Of a DNA stretch of 14,621 bases, positions 9,348-14,621 are shown piece by piece. Origin of the DNA: Candidatus Eiseniibacteriota bacterium (GTDB lineage Bacteria; Eisenbacteria; RBG-16-71-46; SZUA-252); contig JANMQV010000008.1 in assembly GCA_031370645.1 (NCBI GenBank), forward strand, positions 1-14,621, read 5' to 3'. Position 1 is the first letter of the stretch. Each line of letters opens with the position of its first letter. The translations under genes were made by a program, and so were the position numbers. Below the pieces are notes generated by a model. That model saw only the letters and a program-made list of their open reading frames with translations, had not been told where the DNA came from and did no database searches.

Positions 9348-10814
9348 CTACGGCCTCGGGCTCTTCGGCACGATCTTGACCGGCGCCCCCGGCGCGAAGG
9401 GAGTCGTCGACCGCGCGCTATTCAAGATAGCGGCGTCCTCAAGCGCGAGCGCTTGATTCGGGTATTGCGACCAGACCGCGGCGAACGTGGCGCCACTCTT
9501 CGCGGGGCGGATCGAAAGGTGATTCGCCTGTACGTTCAACTTCGCCGGATCGCGGAGCTTCGCGATGCTCCGGATCGAGGCGTAGACCTGATCGACGGAG
9601 ACCTGGTCGCTCCCCTTGCCGTAGACCTCTAGGAATTGCCCGCCGCGAATCTTCACATAGCCCGCCGCGTAGTTTTCCTGCCCTCCCTGGGTGGCCGCCG
9701 TCACCGTGCCGACCCACGCCGGATAGTCGCGGAACGCTTCCGCCTTCCCGGTCGCGGCCACCACCGCGCCGTGCGCGCGGAGGGAGTCGACGAACTGGGT
9801 CGGGGTCACCATCGTGTCGCGGATCGTGCCGAGGCGAAGCTGCATGGCGCCGGAGGAGCCCTGCGCCACGACGGCCGACGGCTGATTCTCCGTCTTCCAA
9901 CCGTCGGGGAAAATGAGCTGAAAGCCCATTTCGGGATGATAGAAGCGATTCCCCTCGAAGTAACCCTGCCGCGGATCGTCGCCGAAGACGAGCCCTTCGA
10001 TCCGCTTCCGGTAGACCACGTCGCCGATCACGAGTCCGCGCGGCGCGCCCCCCGCGGCCGCCTGCGCGAGCTGTGTCGTCCGCACTTCTCGGTCACCCGG
10101 GTCGGGATGCGTCGAGAGGAAGTTCGGCAGCGTGCTCCCCGACCGCTCGCTGATTCGCTTCAGCGTCGCGTACGTCGAGGGGATGGTGCGCGGGTCGTAC
10201 CCGGCGCGCATCGCGTACTGAATGCCGAGTTCGTCCGCCTGCGTCTCATGATCGCGGCTGTACTTGAGGAAGAGGATCCCCAAACCCTGCTGCGCGAGCC
10301 CGCTGTAGGGGCGGAAGGCATCGACGAAGATGGCGCCGGCCAGGAGTCCGATCCCCGCGATTTGCTGCTGGGTCATCTGTTGCGCGCTGTGGCGCGCCGT
10401 GACGTGCCCGATCTCATGCCCGATGATCCCGGCCAGTTGCGACTCCGAGTTCACGTACGCCATGATGCCGCGCGTGATGTAGATGTAGCCGCCGGGAATG
10501 GCGAAGGCGTTCACGACGGGAGAGTCGAGAACCCGGAAGTGCCACTTCAGATTCGGAAGGTGCGAAACACTCGCTAGCTTCTGCCCGATCGAATCGACGT
10601 ACGATTGGGTCGCGGCGTCGCCGTAGAGCCCGTACTCGGCGATGACGGCGGGATCGGCTTCGCGCCCCATCTCCACCTCCCGACCGGTGGAGACAAAGTT
10701 GATCTGATGCTTCCCGGTGGCCGGGTTGACGGCGCAGCCGCCCCCGACTCCAAGCGCGGCGGCGAAGGCCGCCATGGTCACGAGCAGAACTCCAGTCCTG
10801 CGAACTCGAGTCAT
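9348..10814 (-). CDS. M48-family zinc metalloprotease, predicted lipoprotein, with C-terminal extension (488 aa; start reassigned to ATG 10814)
   Basis: Signal MTRVRRTGVLLVTMAAFAAALGVGGG-C then AVNPATGK, VVNAFAIPGGYIYITRG, HEIGH (HExxH), YSRDHETQADELG, FLSTHP. RBS-like GGGAG upstream. The track's start at 11066 overlaps tkt. Confidence 0.92.
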   Translation of the reverse strand: MTRVRRTGVLLVTMAAFAAALGVGGGCAVNPATGKHQINFVSTGREVEMGREADPAVIAEYGLYGDAATQSYVDSIGQKLASVSHLPNLKWHFRVLDSPVVNAFAIPGGYIYITRGIMAYVNSESQLAGIIGHEIGHVTARHSAQQMTQQQIAGIGLLAGAIFVDAFRPYSGLAQQGLGILFLKYSRDHETQADELGIQYAMRAGYDPRTIPSTYATLKRISERSGSTLPNFLSTHPDPGDREVRTTQLAQAAAGGAPRGLVIGDVVYRKRIEGLVFGDDPRQGYFEGNRFYHPEMGFQLIFPDGWKTENQPSAVVAQGSSGAMQLRLGTIRDTMVTPTQFVDSLRAHGAVVAATGKAEAFRDYPAWVGTVTAATQGGQENYAAGYVKIRGGQFLEVYGKGSDQVSVDQVYASIRSIAKLRDPAKLNVQANHLSIRPAKSGATFAAVWSQYPNQALALEDAAILNSARSTTPFAPGAPVKIVPKSPRP

Positions 10815-10944
10815 CCCTGATTCTCCCTGGGGGAAGCCCCCGGCGAAGTGAGTGCAACCGGAACTGCGATATGATACACCGACAACCGGCCCGCCGTTCC
10901 GGCCACGACGCGATTGCCGCCCCTTCCGCCTTCGAGAGGAGCCG

Positions 10945-12978
10945 ATGCCCGCCACATCCGTCGACCTCGACTTCCTGGCCGTCCAAACGATCAAGTTTCT
11001 AAGTGTCGACGCGGTGGAACAGGCCCGATCCGGGCATCCCGGCACCCCGATGGGCGCGGCCGACATGGCCTACACGCTCTGGTCCCGCCATCTTCGATTC
11101 GATCCCGACGACCCGGCGTGGGTGAATCGCGACCGCTTCGTCCTCTCGGCCGGGCACGCCTCGATGCTCCTCTATTCGCTTCTTCATCTCTTCGAATGTG
11201 GGCTGCCGTTGGAGGAGCTTCGCCGGTTTCGGCAGTGGGGTTCGCGCACCCCCGGACATCCCGAGTTCGGCCACACCGCGGGTGTGGAGGCGACGACCGG
11301 ACCGTTGGGACAGGGATTCGCGAACGCGGTCGGCATGGGGCTCGCGCAGCGGCTCGTTCAGGCGCGCTTTCCGGCTCTCGGGGCGCTTCTCGACCACCGC
11401 GTCTACGCGCTCGTCAGCGACGGCGACCTCATGGAAGGGGTGAGCTCCGAGGCGGCCGCGCTGGCCGGACATTGGAAACTGGGGAATCTCGTCTTCCTCT
11501 ACGATGACAACCGAATCACGATCGAAGGCTCGACGTCGCTTGCTTGGAGCGAGGACGTCGGACGCCGGTTCGAGGCGTACGGCTGGCAGGCGAGCCACGT
11601 CGACGGGCACGATCGCGCGGCGGTCTCCTCGGCGTTCGACGCCGCGATCGCCGAGACGTCCCGGCCGTCGCTCATCCTCGCGCGGACGACGATCGGGAAG
11701 GGCGCGCCGAGCAAGGAAGGGACGGCGAAGACCCACGGGGAACCGCTCGGTCCGGAGGAGACGAAGCGCGCGAAGGAGGCGGTGGGATGGCCGCTCGAAC
11801 CGGCGTTCTACGTGCCGAACGAGGCGCGTGCGCATTTCGCGTCGTTGGCGACCGCGAAACGAGCCGAGGCATCGGCCTGGCGCACGCGCTTCGAAACGGC
11901 GCGCCTCGCGGCTCCGGAAGAGGCCGCGCGCTGGGACGCTCTCTGGTCGCGCGCGTTCCCGGCCGATCTGGAGGAGCGCCTCGCGGCGGAAGCAGCATCG
12001 GGCGAGAGCCTCGCCACGCGCGCCTGGTCGGGGCGGATGATCCAGGTCGCGGCCGCGGCCGTGCCCTCGTTGATCGGCGGATCGGCGGACTTGAGTCCCT
12101 CCAATCTCACCGACATCAAGGCCGGTGGCGACGTCGCGCCCGAAGGCGCGAAGCCGGGGTCGCCGATGACCTTCGCGGGGAGGACGTTGCACTTCGGCGT
12201 CCGGGAGCACGCCATGGGGTCGATCTTGAACGGACTCTCGCTCTACGGATGCTGGATTCCGTTCGGCGGAACGTTCCTCGTCTTCTCCGACTACATGCGC
12301 CCGTCGATCCGGCTCGCCGCTCTCTCTCGCCTCCGCACCATCTATGTCTTCACGCACGACAGCATCTTCCTCGGTGAAGACGGACCGACCCACCAGCCGA
12401 TCGAACACCTGGCTTCGCTTCGACTCATTCCGGACCTCGAGGTCTGGCGACCCGCCGATGGTCTCGAGACGGCCGTAGCCTGGGCGGAGGCGATTCGGCG
12501 GGAGAAGGCGCCGACCGCGCTCGTCTTGACGCGACAGAAACTCGCCACCGTCCCTCGCCCCCCGGCGTTCGATCGCGGTGAGATTCGGCGCGGCGGCTAT
12601 GTTGCCCTCGGCACCGGGGAGCGCGAAGCCCATGTCACGCTCGTCGCTTCGGGATCGGAGACGTCGCTGGCGCTCGACGCGAGCGCGATCCTCCGGGAAC
12701 GGGGCGTCCTCGCACGCGTCGTCTCCATGCCGTGCGTGGAGCGATTCGAACTCCAGCCGCCCGCCTACCGTGACGCCGTTCTCCCTCCGGGTGCCCGCGT
12801 CACCGTCATCGAGGCCGCGAAGACCGATCTCTGGTGCTCCGTCGTCGGGAGGGAAGCGCTTCGCATCGGGATCGGCCGCTTCGGCGCCTCGGCGCCGGCG
12901 GAAGTGCTCGCGGAGAAATTCGCGCTCACTCCCGCGGCGGTCGCGGAGCGGGTCGCGGGGTGGCTCCGACGCGGATGA
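10945..12978 (+). CDS. tkt: Transketolase (677 aa; start reassigned to ATG 10945)
   Basis: [41 protein letters not shown], ThDP-binding motif [59 protein letters not shown] at 10936-10941. Confidence 0.98.
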   Translation: MPATSVDLDFLAVQTIKFLSVDAVEQARSGHPGTPMGAADMAYTLWSRHLRFDPDDPAWVNRDRFVLSAGHASMLLYSLLHLFECGLPLEELRRFRQWGSRTPGHPEFGHTAGVEATTGPLGQGFANAVGMGLAQRLVQARFPALGALLDHRVYALVSDGDLMEGVSSEAAALAGHWKLGNLVFLYDDNRITIEGSTSLAWSEDVGRRFEAYGWQASHVDGHDRAAVSSAFDAAIAETSRPSLILARTTIGKGAPSKEGTAKTHGEPLGPEETKRAKEAVGWPLEPAFYVPNEARAHFASLATAKRAEASAWRTRFETARLAAPEEAARWDALWSRAFPADLEERLAAEAASGESLATRAWSGRMIQVAAAAVPSLIGGSADLSPSNLTDIKAGGDVAPEGAKPGSPMTFAGRTLHFGVREHAMGSILNGLSLYGCWIPFGGTFLVFSDYMRPSIRLAALSRLRTIYVFTHDSIFLGEDGPTHQPIEHLASLRLIPDLEVWRPADGLETAVAWAEAIRREKAPTALVLTRQKLATVPRPPAFDRGEIRRGGYVALGTGEREAHVTLVASGSETSLALDASAILRERGVLARVVSMPCVERFELQPPAYRDAVLPPGARVTVIEAAKTDLWCSVVGREALRIGIGRFGASAPAEVLAEKFALTPAAVAERVAGWLRRG

Positions 12979-14540
12979 AACTCGCCCGCGCCGGGATCGT
13001 TCTCATCGCGCTGGCGCTCCTCGTTCCGTATGCCGGCTACCTGACCGACGACAGTTTCATCCACTTCCAATTCGCGAAGCACCTCCTCCGAGGCGAAGGG
13101 TTCGCGTTCAACGCGGGCGTTCCCACCTACGGCGCGACGAGTCCCCTTTGGGTTCTTCTCCTCGCGGCGACGGGATCCTTCGTACCCGGGGCGTCGGCCA
13201 CGCCCGAAACGACGAACGTCATGCCGGTTCTCGCCTGGATCGCGAAGGCGTGGGGGGCTCTCTTCACCCTGCTTGCCGTCGTCTGGTGCGGGAGGCTCTC
13301 GCGGCGGATCGGCGGGGACGACCGTGCGGGACTCGCCCTCGCCGCCCTCGTGGCGCTCCACGCCTGGTCGGCGCGATGGGCGGTCTCGGGGATGGAGACG
13401 CCGCTCGCCTTCTTCCTCATGATTCTCGCGCTCGACGCGATCGCCGCCGCACTCCTCGAGGGGCGCACCCCTTGGCCGGCCGGAGCGATACTTGCGGCCG
13501 CCGCGCTCGCGCGGCCGGAGTCGCTCCTCTTGGCGTTGCTCGTCGCCGCGACGCTACTTCTGACGCCGGCGCCCGGGGGGCAGCGGATTCCTCGCCTCGC
13601 GTCGTTCGCCGCGGGATTCGCGATTCCGTACGGCGCGTGGCTCGCGACCGCCTGGGTGCTCTTCCACCGCCTCCTTCCGAACACGAGCGGAGCGAAGGCG
13701 GGGGCGTGGTTCGATTTCGCCCGCGGCCTCGGCACCCTTCGCGATTCGATTCGAATCGTTCTCGCCGCGGAGCTCCTGCCCGTCGCGGTCCTCGTCGTGG
13801 CGCTCGCGCTGGGAGGAGGGGAGCGGCTCCGACGACTCACTCCGGAACGACGGGGCTTCTGGCTCCTCGTCGCGCTCTGGCCGGTCGCGCTCGTCGCGGC
13901 CTTCTCGCTGGCAGGCGTTCAAGTGGTCTCGCGCTATCTGATCGTGGCGACTCCGTGCGTTCTCCTCCTCGGGGTCGCGGCGCTCCGCCACTTAATCGAG
14001 AGCCATGTCGTTCCGGTGCGGGCGGCGGGAGCGGCGCTCCTCGCGTTCGTCATCCTTCATGCCGCGGAGGGGCTCGTGGTCACGTTTCGAGTGAGCGCGC
14101 CGGCGGCCCGCGAACACACGCGCGGGCTCCTCGAATCGCTGGGAGGAATCGGCCGCTGGGCGCGCGAGAACACGCCGCCCGCGACGCTCTTCGCGGTGGC
14201 CGACATCGGCGCCTTTGGTTACTACAGCGATCGCCCGGTGCTCGACCTGTACGGACTCGTCACGCCGGCCATGGGACCGATCACGGTCCGGGAGGGATAC
14301 GACCGAGTCGTCTTCGACCTTCGTTACGAGGGGATCGCGCGCCCCGAATACCTGGTCGATCGAGCGCGGACCGAGGCGCGGTTGACCGTGGCCCCGGAAC
14401 CCGACAACCCCTATCGCTTCCTCTTCGCCCGAGGCGTGGCGAACCTCGGCATCACGCGACCGGGGGAGTGGTTCTACTCCCTCTACGCGATCGACTGGGC
14501 AAGCTGGGACCGTCTTCATCCGAAGCTCGCCGAACGTTGA
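12975..14540 (+). CDS. Polytopic membrane protein, GT-C-fold glycosyltransferase resembling arabinofuranosyltransferase AftB (521 aa; start reassigned to ATG 12975)
   Basis: First extracytoplasmic loop [36 protein letters not shown] has the DD..GxG..FNxG..TSxxW pattern I recall from AftB. Also SGMETPL, LARPE, SRYL, many hydrophobic helices, and a C-terminal soluble domain with [15 protein letters not shown]. The start overlaps the tkt stop (ATGA 12975-12978). Substrate unknown. Confidence 0.72.
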   Translation: MKLARAGIVLIALALLVPYAGYLTDDSFIHFQFAKHLLRGEGFAFNAGVPTYGATSPLWVLLLAATGSFVPGASATPETTNVMPVLAWIAKAWGALFTLLAVVWCGRLSRRIGGDDRAGLALAALVALHAWSARWAVSGMETPLAFFLMILALDAIAAALLEGRTPWPAGAILAAAALARPESLLLALLVAATLLLTPAPGGQRIPRLASFAAGFAIPYGAWLATAWVLFHRLLPNTSGAKAGAWFDFARGLGTLRDSIRIVLAAELLPVAVLVVALALGGGERLRRLTPERRGFWLLVALWPVALVAAFSLAGVQVVSRYLIVATPCVLLLGVAALRHLIESHVVPVRAAGAALLAFVILHAAEGLVVTFRVSAPAAREHTRGLLESLGGIGRWARENTPPATLFAVADIGAFGYYSDRPVLDLYGLVTPAMGPITVREGYDRVVFDLRYEGIARPEYLVDRARTEARLTVAPEPDNPYRFLFARGVANLGITRPGEWFYSLYAIDWASWDRLHPKLAER

Positions 14541-14575
14541 GCCGGGACGCGTAGAGGAGTAGACTAGCAGGACGG

Positions 14576-14621
14576 TCAACGGCCCCCGTAGCGTGCGATC
14601 AAACTCGCCAACCCGAACAGG
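14576..14621 (-). CDS. Possible 3' end of a minus-strand gene entering from beyond the window (..LFGLASLIARYGGR*)
   Basis: Open minus-strand frame from the window edge to TGA at 14578-14576. It reads like the end of a hydrophobic helix and converges 35 bp from the GT-C gene stop. Only 14 codons are visible. Confidence 0.25.
   Translation of the reverse strand, partial: LFGLASLIARYGGR

Overview
GC-rich bacterial chromosomal window (taxon not assignable from sequence alone) with about 10 genes and no mobile element, CRISPR array or RNA gene that I can see. The left end holds a clade II (Sec-type) nitrous-oxide reductase gene nosZ (minus strand, start 1754, running off the window edge). The supplied ORF track misses it. 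It is preceded in an apparent operon by a lipoprotein monoheme cytochrome c and a stand-alone hemerythrin-domain protein. A Crp/Fnr regulator without a Cys cluster (DNR-like) is transcribed divergently. The 173-bp gap between them has a readable regulatory layout: two TGA-N6-TCA boxes, one at class II activator distance and one over the regulator's own predicted start site, plus a separate 7-5-7 palindrome. Next come acnA overlapping (ATGA) a P1B-4-type (SPC/HEGST, Fe/Co/Zn-class) ATPase, a TVP38/DedA-family membrane protein, a strong hairpin, an M48 lipoprotein protease, and transketolase overlapping (ATGA) an AftB-like GT-C membrane glycosyltransferase. The best candidate for an undescribed system is the Crp/Fnr <-> hemerythrin-cytochrome c-nosZ(II) module, followed by the acnA-P1B-4 and tkt-GT-C couplings. 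All family assignments come from manual translation and motif recognition; no database search was run.
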